This document shows positions 49,920-64,000 of a DNA stretch of 64,000 nt, one piece after another. Made by a program: the position numbers and the translations under genes. The stretch lies in the NCBI RefSeq assembly GCF_000150275.1, contig NW_002060951.1, positions 1,684,297-1,748,296 of the forward strand, read 5' to 3'. The notes below the pieces were generated by a model. That model was not told the DNA's origin. It ran no database searches and was given only the letters and a program-made list of their open reading frames with translations. The number at the start of each line of letters is the position of its first letter. Within the stretch, counting starts at the first letter, position 1. Source of the stretch: Trichoplax adhaerens (lineage: Eukaryota > Animalia > Placozoa).

Positions 49920-52900
49920 ATGGAAGAATCGGCTAAGTTGATCCAAAAGGCTAAATTTGCTGAACAAGCAGAAAGATACGATGACATGGCCGCCTCTATG
50001 AAATCGGTCACTGAATCTGGTTTTGTATTGGATACTGAAGAAAGAAATTTACTATCTGTAGCATATAAGAACGTTGTTGGTGCTAGACGTTCCTCTTGGC
50101 GTATTATATCAAGCATTGAGCAAAAATTTTTAGACAAGGGTGAACCTGAGGCTAAATTGACAATCACTAGGGAGTATCGTTTGAAGATTGAGAAGGAATT
50201 ACAAGATATTTGCGATGACGTTCTGGTTAGTAATCGTTACCTTTTTGAAACTTTCCAACTAAATGATATCTGTTTGCCTAATGTCCCTTGCTTGCGGATA
50301 CTTCCATCTTTATTATGTCTATAACTAAAACATACAGTAGATTTTTCGTGATGATTTACTATTGAACCATACTTATTGATTCTGCGACCCTATAAATTCT
50401 GTTATTGCAGTAGTTACAAATTTTAAAGATTTTTTTGTCTTTGTCTTAACGTCATAATTGTCGAATACTGGCAAATTGCTTTAAAGCTTTCCGCCTTACT
50501 TTGCTGTTTGGCTATAATGGAAGCTGATGAAGGAATTCCCTACCATAAATATGGTAGATTGCATAAGAATGTTTTGTCTCTACTATACTGTAAAAATACG
50601 CGTGTATACCAGTGTTCGTTTTTAACTTTGACTCGTACCGCTGATACGTTATGATTAATGGCGGACACTGCAAGTGATCGTTTTCATACTATTGACAGCT
50701 TAAACGTGTAAACTATTAGTGTTAAATAAGCTACGTATTAATTCATCAATGTATATTGCAGTGGCGTACAGATTCACACAGTGCTCTGTATTGATGGGCA
50801 AAAAGAAATCCGTAACTTAATCAAACTCGAGAGGGAAATGTGATCATTTTCTGTTATGTCATGTACGCAGACGTTCTGTATAAACGCACTTTACCGCTTA
50901 CTCGCACATACGTCCCATATTAGTTGCATGCTGTTGCTTTATGTTTAAGTGTACTTTTAGTTCATTAGCAATACAATATATGGTATTCCGTCAAGAAAGG
51001 GACCACACAGACTGAAGAATAGTGAGAAACAGTAGAGATATTACTGCCGAAAGGAAGAGATCATTTCAAAGTTCTCTATGACTAGTTACACTGCTTTTTT
51101 TGCTTCCCATTGTTTGCTACTTCTCAGTCTGATTTGAAAAATTGTGAAAAGACGTCAAGTGCAGTATGTAGTATGACGCTGCGCGTTACCATTCGGTCTT
51201 ACGAAAATAGTTATTCAAAAAAAAACTGGTCTACGGCTGATAAACTGGAAACGCTCCCTGGCGGTCAACTCTTACCGTACTGCATTGTAAGGTACAATAT
51301 GCTGCAGTAGGTTACAGTACATATCGCTGATTTTACGGTACCAGTGACATAGTAAAATTGTATATTCGTTTACAGTACCGCAACACAGTACTGTACTGTA
51401 CTGTACTGTACACATCGTTGGAAACATGCGGTACAGGTACTGTACTTCTGTTTTTTTCACGATCTCCTATCATTATGCCCAAACCAAACATTGTGAAGCA
51501 CTGTATTCTTCTGTTTTTGCTGGTTTCTATGTAATTAGCATGGCATGAAAATCACTCTGCTGGCTCGTGACATTGTCTATATTAAGTCTGTACTGTCTTT
51601 TCGCCGTTACATATAGACTAAGGGCGAAAGCTTCTAGTCGTTTCCATACTCGTACAGAACCTTATCACAAAAAGATACCACCGTACATGGACGGTTTTGA
51701 AAGACGCGTATTAGTCACAAGATTTTGATTAGTACGCTCACTTATAAAAAATTGTATCAGATTGCCTTACTGGTGTAGTAATGATTTAAATACTGCATTA
51801 CATATTTTCAATCATTTCCCTATTTTATCCGGGCAATTTTAGTTTGGATCATGCGAAAATTAAAACGATATAAAAAGAGCTCATAATTTATTGTACTCCA
51901 TAATCAATTGCGGCGAGTGATAACCTGCTGGTTAAATTTTTTACCATATTTTCTTTTTTGGACCAGCGTTACAATAGCGTTCCTTAGTTACAATACTTTT
52001 GCCGTACATTATGGCTAATAATTATATTAATCATCATTAATGATTGAACTCTGAGTAAAAGATGTACACCGACCAGTTACGAAAAGAGATTCTTTTACGA
52101 GAATCCGATGACTACAGTATGCATTTTACGCATGTGTCTGTATTCAGCAATGGTGCTTGTACGATTGTAAATGATCTCTTTAAAATTTCTTTCTTTATTT
52201 ATAAGTTTATTATGTAACAAGCCGCGGCATCTTAGTTATAAATTATTTAGTTTAAATATCATCTTGCATATGGTAGAAAGGAACCCGGCAGTTGAGTGAA
52301 CTGCGTAAGTGTGCCTATAGAAAGTGGAGTAAGTGTTCTTAGGCAACGCAAATAGAAGTCAAAATTTTATAGTATTTTGCTATTGACGATGGCGTAACAC
52401 ATACCCGTAGTCTCCTCATTTTGGGTGACTTGAGTTTTTTATGCTCTAGCAATGGAACAGTTATCGGGGGTTTCAGGATGTAATATTACTCAGTGTGTAG
52501 ATTCGGGAGGAGCTCTGTATTAAAAGGTGCACTTCAATGCACTATACTATGAGTATTTTTAATTAAATTGATTAAAATTGATAGTGTGAAACTGTTTTTT
52601 TGCATTGTATTCCGTTAGCTATTGTATCGAATAATTATGAAATAATAGACGACTATCCATAATAACTCCTGTACAATGATATAACTAGATGTTACCCAAA
52701 GTAGATAGTGGTTAGTATCTTCCGTGCATGCATCTGCCTTTTAATTAAAGATGTAACATTTGGTAGTTTATAGTACAGCTCATGGGATAATTAGAGACAA
52801 GTTTTGTACCTTCTGTATTTCTTGCCGTAGAAGCGTAGACTTGACGTTTAACTTCGGTTTAAGTATATTAATCGAATTATTGTACTGTATACTAAGTCGT

Positions 52901-55348
52901 ACCTACGTACCTATACACGCTAGTATAGTGCACAGTATAGTTCAGTACTAGTGGTTAATCCAAGGTTATCCTTTTTCACAAATTTCTAATTGGCGTTAAG
53001 GCTTTGGACGATAATCCAATACACTAACGTTACGAGATTAAAGGGCTACTTGAATTTAGCAGTCGATACCATGCTAGACTGTACCGTAGACAAGGGAGAG
53101 TGCGATATCGGTAAATATGGATGATTTCCTAGAACTTCACTGACTATCTTGATTTCATCATTACCGATTTTCGGAACTAATTAATTTTACCGATCTCAAG
53201 CCTACGTGCAATACTCTACCGTTGAATTTATGATGAGAAGATACCACATTGAAGTTCCGAAGTTTCTCTGACAGTTTTGCTTTGGGATGACACCGTATTC
53301 TAAATTGTGTTGATGTAATGTTTTTTGCGGTCATTGCTCGCTGGTTTAATAAATGATTAATTAAATAAATGTAGTAGTTTATTAAAAAAGACTTCTATGC
53401 GGCATATTGCGGTTGCTGCCTATATAAGAGCAATAATTTTATTATCACCAACGCAACCCGAATATCCGATTGGATACTGACGCTTTAATCGTTCTAACTA
53501 GTAGACGATATATATGCACTCATTTAAATTCCTGTATGTAGTAAATGAAATGCTTACGATTAAGTAAAGTTTTGGCATTATTGGACCATATGTCAGGGCG
53601 AGTCATGACATACATGACTTCATGATACGAGGCACATACCATGCATCGAATACAAACCCTACGAAATCACATTTCATCTGTTGATTGTATTGCGTTTATA
53701 TTGAGCCAAAAAAGTATTAGTGCGGTATGGCCCGTTCCTTTATTATATTTATTGATAAACGATTATTAAATTTGTATCGGCATCTAATATCTGTCGGGAT
53801 AATTACCATGAATATGATCTTTGAAGACGATTGAAATTTACTCAACCAAGAATTCTTATGAAGCATAGAAATACTGTTTTTTTCATTACTGCATTGACTT
53901 GCTTATTTTCGCTATAGTTTTAAGATTTTCAAAATATGAATAGGTGTCAGAGCTTTCATGAAGTTCAGTTGTATATTATATTAGACTTTTCAGCGTAAAT
54001 GTGGTAATCTTTGTCTTACAGCTTTCTGAGTCGTGTAAAACATGTAATAATTATCATGCTCGTATCCTATCTAGAGCATCTATAGAAATTATCCTTACAT
54101 TATGTGCCAATTAATTCGTGTCATTTTTGAAATTGTACATTATACAGGGTGCGAGTCTTTGATACTCTCAAATTGATAACTTTTTATCATTATTATTAAA
54201 TTCTGCTATTTTAGGACCTTTTGGATAAATGTTTGATCCCACAAGCAACTGATGATGAATCTAAAGTCTTCTATCTGAAAATGAAGGGAGATTACTATAG
54301 ATATCTTGCTGAAGTAGCTGATAGGGAATCTCGCGAAGGTACGATATTGTTATATCGGATCATTATGGTATAGAATAAAGTACATACTGTATACAAGTAG
54401 TAGTACAGTACTGTATAAAGCTTTATCGCTATTCTAAGCTATTTGAAACCAGTGTTGTAGTAGTTGAAAAGTTATCACAGCTGCTCTGTACTGCTTCTCT
54501 GCCATTGAAGTTAAGAATCAAATGATATATCATTCCAACACTATCTTACATTTTCGATCGTAACCAGGTATAGTAGAGGACTCTCAGAAAGCGTACCAGG
54601 AAGCGTTCGACTTGAGCAAGAAACAGATGCCATCCACTCATCCTATTCGTCTTGGTCTGGCATTGAACTTTTCCGTCTTTTATTACGAAATCCAAAATAC
54701 TCCTGTAAAGGCGTGTGAACTTGCAAAGAAGGTAAATTTTTAAACTGATGTTTGATAATGTTAACGTATTTTATAGTTTATCATTTGGATCTTGTACTGC
54801 TAAGATTGTAATACTACATGAATATGGTACACCCTTATGTAAAATCCGTGATTGTCATAAAGATATAGTAAGATGTATCGCCATCGCTTTCCTTCCGCGT
54901 AACAAAGTGTTTCGTATTAATTCTCTAGGCTTTCGACGAAGCTATTTCTGAGCTTGATTCCTTGAGTGAAGATTCGTACAAAGATAGTACTTTAATTATG
55001 CAACTCCTCCGTGATAACCTTACTGTAAGTATTCCAAGGAATTACAAATTATACTTGTATTATTATATTAGGCCAGTACAGACGCTAATATAGAAGCGTA
55101 TATATATATACACAAAATTAATGTGTTGCTGTCTAATGAATAGAGTTTAGCTATCTTAATTATTACGTTATTACTGAGGATAATCGATATCTGAACTGAA
55201 AATCAATGTAAAATTACTTTTCGTGGCGTTGATCTCTTTCAAGTGAAAGATCAACTATTAGTAATATTACGACTAATATTTTTGTTTTACATTATAGTTG
55301 TGGACGACTGACAATGAAGTTGAAAACGATGGAAATAACGACAACTAA
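49920..55348 (+). CDS. 14-3-3 protein (non-epsilon/zeta-like)
   Basis: Exons 49920-50225, 54215-54338, 54568-54731, 54929-55024, 55298-55348. Motifs [73 protein letters not shown]. Confidence 0.97.
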
Positions 55349-58248
55349 CTGTAGAAATATTTTGAATTTGTTAAATTTTGGGCATTAATCATTGTGTCAT
55401 TGTGTGATTTCAAGCATCAGTATACAGACTCTAATACGAGTATAGTAGGTATTTGGGTCATTTTCAACTTAGTTACAATTCTCAGCATAAGGCTTCAGTG
55501 AGGGAACTTCATTAAAATAGTAGAGGTTTAAGGAGTCAGTTGCTGTATTCCGTGACGGCTTTTTGTTAAGGATTTAATTAAGTACTACTGATAAGTAAAA
55601 AAGTCGACGATTAAACCATGCTGTTACTTCCTTGTGATATAGTGCTTATAGTACATTAGTTTTTTCTCATTCGTTCAACGGAAAACGCAACATACTCTAG
55701 ACTAGATTTATTTTTGAGGTTTTGAGAATAACATGATTGGTATAAATGTGAAGAATCAGTATTTGAGTATGTTACTGTCGCCTTACCAGATCTGGCATAG
55801 TATTTACTGTAGCTACAAGAAAACTAGGGCGCTCTAGTATGCGTTTATATCAAATTTAGGTTAGAATGTGTCCTGCGCTATAGCTGCTGCTGTGCTAACT
55901 TACGTATACCCTTTCTGTTAACAAATGTGGTGAGATTTTTGATGTAAAACAAAAACTTCATCTAGATATTAATAGCGTTTTACGTAGACTGTAACCGTTA
56001 TTATATTATTAAAATACTCCAGTACTTATACTAAAAATTGTGATCGTCGAATATAATACGAAAACTCCCGGCATGGTCAAGTACTTACCTAATTTACAAC
56101 CAGTTACATGCAGTACTGTATTACAATATTACCGGGTTTGCAAATATATCTTGTGGCCGAAGATACTCAGTGCCTAGGTAGTTTCGTACCTGCAGTACAG
56201 TATATGTATGTATATACACTACTTTATTTAGTTACATTCAGTAATTAATTATTGTACATACACGTTATCAAAATGATCGTTGCTTTTCTCAGAAAAAGCT
56301 TCACTTTGTTTGCATGCTTACGCAAAAGTAATACCTTTTGTAATAGTAATTTTTATGCGCATGCTAAGATAAAGTGCCGACTCGCAGTTTATATGCTTTA
56401 CTCGACGTTCCATAGTACGTTAAGTAGCAAATATAGTAAACTGAACAATTTAAATTTTCACTTCGATTTACAGTATGCTGCGTGATGTAGTATCTATCTG
56501 ATCGGAGATTATCTTATTTTAATACAAACCCTAGAAGTTCGAACTTTTATTAACCTTAATTACGGATGCACTAATTTGCACCCGGTGCAAATGTTGTCAA
56601 AGCTGTTCAGTACTGGACTGCACAGTGCTATGCCAGCCGAAAGTACTAAGATCAAATGAATGCTACAGCACGGTACAATAATGTGACTTTAGAGCTCAAC
56701 TTCACCCGAAGTAAGCATAGTTAAGCTCTTTAACGGCCTTATATAGTCTGTCTTCAAGATCGAGAGTTGATTATTTCGTTCTAAATACCTTTAAGGAATA
56801 AATTACAATAACTTGAGCTGGAGAATCTATATTATAAATTGTAGATTTACCCTTACTGAGAGATACTCAAGCGTGCTGACAGAATTTGCTAGTTGTGCAA
56901 TAATAAACAGTCGAAAGTGCTATGTGTTTACTTCATTACATCGCGTGATCTCTCCTTGATCTGATTTTTAATCTTCTTGGTGGATGCTAGGGGATATCTG
57001 TTCCCAGGGTTATGCTTTAATACTTTAATTAACTAAATTTACCTTATGCCTAGTAAAGTAGATATGCATTTACTACATTTGAACATACACATTCCTGTTT
57101 AGATACTAAGGCCTTGTACGTTTTATATATAGTATTTACTAACTTGCTCATGCAAGAACAATCAAATGAGCACTACACAAAGTAGCGCCGTGCGGGAATG
57201 CGACTAGGAACAGTAGGATAATTTTCAACTTCACTACTAGGAATAGAATAGACACTGCAACTTTTTAAATTATTGATGGTTGCTGCTTAGTTGGTTATAC
57301 ACGCTACAAGTTTCTTTTTACCAAGTACGTCGATAAGTATGAAAGTTCAGTTTACTTTCTTTACCACATCTTATATTGAATGATGACGAACAATTAATTA
57401 ATCGACCGCAAAATTTGCTATAGGTTTGCAGTATTTACCGCTAGAGGAGATTTAGTTCATAAAGTGCCATCAACGTTTTAGATATTGCTCATAATTTGCA
57501 CTACTAATCACGACGATTTCACGATTTTATTTACAAGTATAGTCAATGGGTGTAATCATAACTAGTAGTTTATTCAATCAGTTTACGAAAATCTCGTTGT
57601 TCCCGCTTCTTACATAAATTGCCTATAATTTTTGCATGAACAATTTCGCAAGTCTACCTACCACTTTAACAACTGGCATACGAGTAATTACATAATTAAT
57701 TTATTTATCAAAATACAAGAAGATCAATAAATCACTTTATCTAGACAAACAAAATTGAATGATGCACCAACATCAAGGTAGTTATCAATTTTGTGCAGTA
57801 CTATACAAATTACGACCATAACTAGTTGGCTTCGCAACATATTTTGGTAAACATTACTAAATTATAATTATAATTAATGCAGCCCGGATCTCCTAGTAAC
57901 TGATTGCAACAGTACGTTCAGCTTTACACTTTATACCACAGGTCTGAGTAATACCCATAACGATGCAGCAGTGCATGTATGCAATGGTAGCATCTACAAC
58001 CAAGGTAGAATATTTTTAAAAAGATCGATACGGTTCCCAAATACTTGTAGTGGAAAGACGTTTACATAAAATGCTTCCAGTCTCATTGTATACAATTATT
58101 ATTTGATTCTTTCACTAAGGACTATAACATATTACTGGTATGGTTTTAATCTAGTGTCGATTGTAACCTCACAATCAATGATGTGCATTACGCCATATCG
58201 TACAAGCCTTGAATTGAAGGGCATCGATTGCTGTTTAACACCGCGAAG

Positions 58249-59704
58249 TTACGCAAATAATTTAAACTTCTTGAAATACTTCTGAACATCACTCTTGACG
58301 TAAGGCCTAGTTGCGATGCAAGTGGAAATATTTTCTGGTTGTTCCACCCAAATCTTATAATCTATATTGTTGGCTTTCAATTTATCGGCTAAGCGTAACA
58401 AAGTGTCTTCATCCTTAACCTAATTTGTAAGTTCAAATTTATGCAAAGCTCATATTATAAATTGTATAATTATAGTATCGGTATTTAATTACTGTATGTG
58501 CTAATTACGTTAAGTCTTTTAAAATGATGGAACTCCGAAGTACTTTAAGATTGTACGATTAACTGTAAGTATCGATGAAGTAGCTGAAATATATGATGTT
58601 ATCATGATAAAATGTTGAAAATTAGCAGGACTGTATCGTAACAGTACAATACAGTATAATTATTATAAGATGCAAATAGAGCTTATTTGGTTGTACAGTA
58701 CTGCACTACTGTAAATGCAAATTTGATCATAAATACTGTAGTATTAATTAACATATTGATCCACATTATAACGCATGTAAGGAGGCCTAAGTGATCTACC
58801 TAATAATAATAGAGTAGAATCCCACTTCTGGATATCTACCAGGCGAATTATTAGCTTGCTATTTATAGTATATACGGGTATAATCATACTATAAAAAATT
58901 ATTGCACATAATCTTCGTATAGTACAGTATAGTATTTATAGTTACTGGCAAGATTTATCCATGTAATTCATCAAATCTGAGAATAGAGTCCAGTTACGCA
59001 TCACTAGTGGGCCGGTATATGATCGAAGCAACATTAATTAAAGTGAGTTTTTAGTGAAATAAAGTATATTTGTCACATAACTGAGGTGGACTATTTTCTG
59101 TCGTTTATTATTGCAAGCCTTGGTTTGTAATAATCGTTAACAAAGATACTGAAATTTGATAACATTAAGTTATTAAGTAGATTGTAATTTGTAATCTACT
59201 GTACGCTGAACAGTACTGTATAAGCTCAATTGCTCATCTATTACTCCTTACTTCAAGGGTAAAAAAAAAACCGAGCACTGTGTTACTGTACTGTACAGCA
59301 TAGTTCAGCATAGCACTATGAAATCTATATGTGTGGTAGGTTATTTCAGTAGCGACTATTATACAGCAGGTGCTTCCTGTACAGTAATTTCCGGCCCATC
59401 ATAAACATACTGCTGTATTGAAGTACTACAGTACTGTACACTGTGTACAATATGCAGTTACTGTATTGGGTTTTGTAAAGAACTTAGCATACAGTACTGT
59501 ACATTAACTTACCCCCAAAACAACTTTATGCATATTATCTAAATTTTCCATATAAGATATGGTTGTTGGTTCGTTGCGAAAGATATGCAAGGCAGCAGAA
59601 CATGCATGGCATGCTTGAGCCAGTAACGCACCAGTTGGCCATCCAAGGACTGTTGTCAGGTCACTCCTGATGACAATATATTGAACTATATTGGCCGATG
59701 CCAT
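58249..59704 (-). CDS. PTRHD1: Putative peptidyl-tRNA hydrolase PTRHD1 (PTH2 family)
   Basis: Exons 59704-59513 ([29 protein letters not shown]) and 58419-58249 ([27 protein letters not shown]). Confidence 0.92.
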
Positions 59705-59879
59705 CTGAACATTCTAAGATAAGAGATTCAATCTGATAAACAAGCCACTGCAGTCAGTAGTCTTCTATAACTAGCATCAAATGCGTAACCTGCTAGTAGT
59801 ACGTACAGCTACGTAATAATTCCCTAAAATAAAATTACAATTATCTGCACTGCAGGGACTTTCTTTGGTAGACCAGTCT

Positions 59880-60125
59880 TTTATACAGTACTGTACACTC
59901 AGTGTACAGTACAATGCAGACTGTCTACTGTCTAGTTTCTCACTGTCTACAGTACCGATGGACATCGTGACAGGATAGGAGACTAGGAGTAAAAAATTTC
60001 AATTCGCCTCGAGTCCCTTATTACATATTCATATATTGCGTAGTACTGTACGTATAATGTCGTAGGTTAACATCCAACAGTATGTATATTGCCTTTCCTG
60101 GGTACACTATACTATACTGTATAAT
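59880..60125. promoter_or_regulatory. (GTACW)n island in the divergent PTRHD1/PFK promoter
   Basis: TACAGTACTGTACAC..GTGTACAGTAC and further units between head-to-head genes. Confidence 0.5.
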
Positions 60126-60602
60126 ATCCTATGCAAGGCTTCAAAAATGATGTAATTTAGCTTGTTTTTCCAGCAGGGTTGTAGTTTATGGTGGCCATAA
60201 AATCGGGGTAGTCGAAGTTCGCAGTGACACTCCGATGTAATATACTAAATGCAGAAGACGATGGTCAGTACAGCCTTAACAATGCCGTCACGTAGCGGTT
60301 CAACTTGGATCACGTATTCTGCGCAGTGTGAAACAGTTGGGATAACAATACTCCAGCTGGCGTACGGTACAGTATGGACTCCTAGGAAAGAACTAGTCTT
60401 TCCTAGTAGTCCATGAGTAGCAGTATTTACCATACTGCAAATAATACTGTCATAATACTGTAGAGGGGCAGTATCGATCAAAAGACAAGTCACGTCACGA
60501 CAACACCGGCGTTATTTGGAGCTATCTGCAGCAGGTGCTGGTACTGTACTGGACAACTTGCGTCGATTAAAATAGAAACATTGATTTGTAAAATCATACA
60601 AA

Positions 60603-63600
60603 ATGGAGAGCAAGGAGACAAGGGAAGATCAACAGCAATGCGATCATGGCACTAAGTCGAATGCTCCTACCAAATGCATTGCTGTAATTACTAGTGGTGG
60701 AGATGCTCAGGGTACAGTGCTTTGCTTACCAATAGATCCATACTCTACATGTCTGTTATTGATAGGCCACTGTAATCTGTATAGGCATTGAATACATTTT
60801 GCAATAAATTAATTGATGAACTAGTTATTCGCCATTCGATCAATTCGTAATCGCTTTTGCCATTGACCGTTACAACTGTGCCTTTCAGCGAGATGACGCT
60901 CCTATGTTGGCTACAATTGCATTGCTTCACTTTATCCACGTCTACAGTATGAATTTCGTTTTTCAAGAGTTGCTGACAAAATAGAATAAGAAATTGAAAA
61001 GTTGGCATTTGCATTCAAGGAATTCTAAATTAGCTTTACTCTAGACGTCAATATTGCGCATTCGTTGAAACAATCTTAAAAGGTTCTAAACTGCAGTTAC
61101 AACCCTAGTCAGTTTGTTAAACAGATTTTGATGTTCAGTACCTCCCTGCCATGACGTCGGCATTAGAGTTAGTTGCATTGATCAGCTGTAATGCATGTGA
61201 TGCACGGTAGAATATTCGTTACCAGAATAAGTAAAATACTCCTATCTGTATCTTAAAATGCGTTGAAATTCATCGTTGCTATGATTACTATTTCATATGT
61301 ATTATTTATCCACGTGCAGACTGCACAACTATAATCGTATTGATAAATAGATGCTGTTATTACAGACAATTATATACAGTAAGCATCATTCATTATTTAA
61401 TGAACAAAACTAGATTAAATTTGTATACGAGGATTACCGATAATTATAATCATTTTAAACTTGAATCAAGGCACGTTAGAGCTTCATTTGGTAGTCCTTG
61501 TCTCGGTATAAGTTTATACCCGTATGATGTCTTTAGAACCATTAAATTCGATAACGAGTGTCGATGTTATTATTTCATATTCATTGAAAAGTCTAAAGTG
61601 TGAAATTTTCTTCTTCTCATACTCAAAATACCTGACCTGATTACATATACATACATATACGTACAGTGTACAATTATATTATTATAAACACTCAATCTTA
61701 GTTTCAAGTACAGTACTGACGTACGAAGAAAAGAATTTACATAACATCAGGGGTATATTCGTTTGTAAACTTGCATTAAAAACGGAAAGATATCAATTTT
61801 AGTATAATTTTTACTGCTAAATAATTCGTATTTTTGAATAGTTGCTATTTTTTCTATCTTCTTGTAAATTAAGCTTGCGAAAACATTAGTTCATCCTTTG
61901 CTTCGCAGTATAGTTATAGCGTAGTAACTACTTCCGTTTCAGATATTTTATAGTGGGGTATGTATATATTATTTTATATTTTCATTCTTTAGGTATGAAT
62001 GCAGCAGTTAGAGCAGCGGTGCGAATGGCTATTTATAATGATGCTCGTGTCTTTGCAGTACATGAGGTAACGTAAAATACAATTAATAACGCTTAGTGCA
62101 TTATTTGCTATAGATATCATGCTTAACTTGGAAGATTTAGGAACAAACCTAGTCTTTCAGGTCCTTTTAGGTACATTCCATTATTTTTATATCAAAATAC
62201 TTGATACTAGGGTTATCAAGGCTTAGTTGAAGGAGAAGATTTCATTAAAGAAATGACATGGTCTAATGTGTCTGGAATAATACACAAGGCATGTTTACGC
62301 TAATCACGCTAGCCTGATACTGACTAACTATAATCTAGCAATGATTTATCCTGTGTACCCTACGTAACAGTTTCTTATTGTACTCATTCTAAAGGGGGGA
62401 ACAATCATTGGAACTGCCCGATGTCAGGAATTTAGAGCAAAAGAAGGCAGAATCAAAGCAGCTAAAAATCTTGTTGGTAGGGGCATCAGTAATTTAGTAA
62501 GTACTTCATTCGCGTGTATCGTTTAGTATTGCTTGTAAACGATCTTACTCGTAGTGATGATGTATACCCTATCTGCAGATGGTCATCGGTGGCGATGGTA
62601 GTCTTACTGGAGCAAACCTTTTTCGACGGGAATGGACAGAACTGTTGACGATATTAATTGAAAGAGGTAAAAGTATCATTAAATTTTTATTTATTCCCAT
62701 TACTACTTGACAACAAAGTTGATAAAGATAAATCTTCTTAAAAGCTATTACTCTTTACTACTACTGTATAATTGCTAGGTGAAATACCTGAAAACAGCCT
62801 AATTGAATATCCTGTATTAAATATCGTTGGTCTGGTAATTAAGAATTTATATAATTAACGTAATTACGTTTCAATTTTATAGCATATTCAATCACTAGAT
62901 ACAAAATTTCTATTTACAGTAGTAAAATATTAACGAAATTTTAAACAATGATACCGTCCTGTGCTTACTTGTATACTCCTCCAAAACAATACTCTTGCCT
63001 TACATTACATGTACGTGTATATCTAGGTTGGCTCGATAGATAACGATTTTTGTGGTACCAAGATGACCATTGGTGCCGACTCTGCTTTGCATAGGTAATT
63101 TCATTTTGCAATTTAAGATTATTGTATATAGTCTATGTGTATACTTTTTAGAAATATTCTTTCTGATTGCATGTAAACTTATTAAGTCGGATATTATCAA
63201 CTCACTAATCTAACTTTGTTATCTAAATCAATAATACGCTATCCAGGATTCTTGAGTGCGCAAATGCAATTATCACTACCGCTTCAAGGTATGCTCAATT
63301 CCTTAACTTCGGTTGAATACATTCGATAACTGTCGACTATTTATCGTTGAATAGCCATCGTAGGACATTTGTTCTTGAAGTGATGGGAAGGCGCTGTGGG
63401 TAAATACATATATGTCCAATACTAGGAGTGAAACTGTGTCGAAGCATCATGATACACATTAATTCAATGTACTTTAATGAATTAACTTAATTATCAGCTA
63501 CCTAGCTCTAATCTCCGGACTCGCTATTGGAGCGGACTGGGTAATTCAAACAATACTTATTTTCATGTATCGTATATATACAGATCAACTCTGTTAAAAC

Positions 63601-64000
63601 TAATTGCGGTGGTAAAAATAAATTAAAGTCCTCATAATTCAAATTGACATTAGATTTTTATACCCGAAGTTCCGCCTGAAGATGGATGGGAAGAACGCAT
63701 GTGTGCTCAATTGAAAGCAGTACGTCATGCTTAGAATTGGGGGAACTTGTTGAACTAGTGCTAATTTAGAACTTGTAATTATTGTAAGTTTAATTTACTA
63801 ACTCATAGGCCAGAAATGTTGGAAATCGCCTCAATATTATTGTTTTAGCTGAAGGTGCAGTAGATATTCATGGAAATGCTATCACAGCGGAGCAAGTCAA
63901 ACAGGTACATCGTAATACTTATTAATATTTATATATTACTCAATGCTTGCAACCAATATTTAATAAAACGTAAACAACTCCTGTTATATTATAGATCTTG
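60603..64000 (+). CDS. PFK: ATP-dependent 6-phosphofructokinase, eukaryotic type (5' part; continues past the window)
   Basis: Exons 60603-60711, 61993-62066, 62211-62288, 62395-62496, 62579-62666, 62779-62834, 63027-63094, 63247-63288, 63355-63399, 63498-63540, 63654-63719, 63809-63904, 63995-. Motifs [48 protein letters not shown]. Confidence 0.96.
62289..62394 (+). other. GC-AG intron in PFK
   Basis: AAG|GCATGT...TAAAG|GGGGGA joins SGIIHK to GGTIIGTAR in frame. The next GT, 4 nt downstream, would frameshift. Confidence 0.8.

Noticed and set aside
56574-56592. Short palindrome ATTTGCACC-C-GGTGCAAAT (and a small hairpin near 55228-55255)
   Set aside because: Too short and isolated to assign any function.

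Overview
AT-rich, intron-dense animal genomic DNA. Composition, short introns, an intronless class C GPCR and deeply conserved metazoan genes suggest a placozoan such as Trichoplax (inference only). Eleven protein genes were reconstructed by hand: SLC18B1-like MFS transporter (partial), intronless bacterial-type 3-hydroxybutyrate dehydrogenase, class C GPCR, SNRNP25, a probably secreted stand-alone CULT (cereblon thalidomide-binding domain) protein, Pumilio, a FAF2/UBXD8-like gene, ADAM17, 14-3-3, PTRHD1 and phosphofructokinase (partial). Most short ORFs in the supplied track are spurious. Four observations stand out. (1) ADAM17 needs a 6-nt microexon to supply the catalytic Glu of its HExxH motif, so skipping it would give an in-frame dead protease. 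(2) The same gene has an AT-AC minor-spliceosome intron. (3) Dense islands of a self-complementary (GTACW)n pentamer mark the 5' ends of housekeeping genes, and two local repeats record gain or loss of these units. (4) The HBDH gene is a horizontal-transfer candidate. Exon boundaries were read by eye and are predictions.
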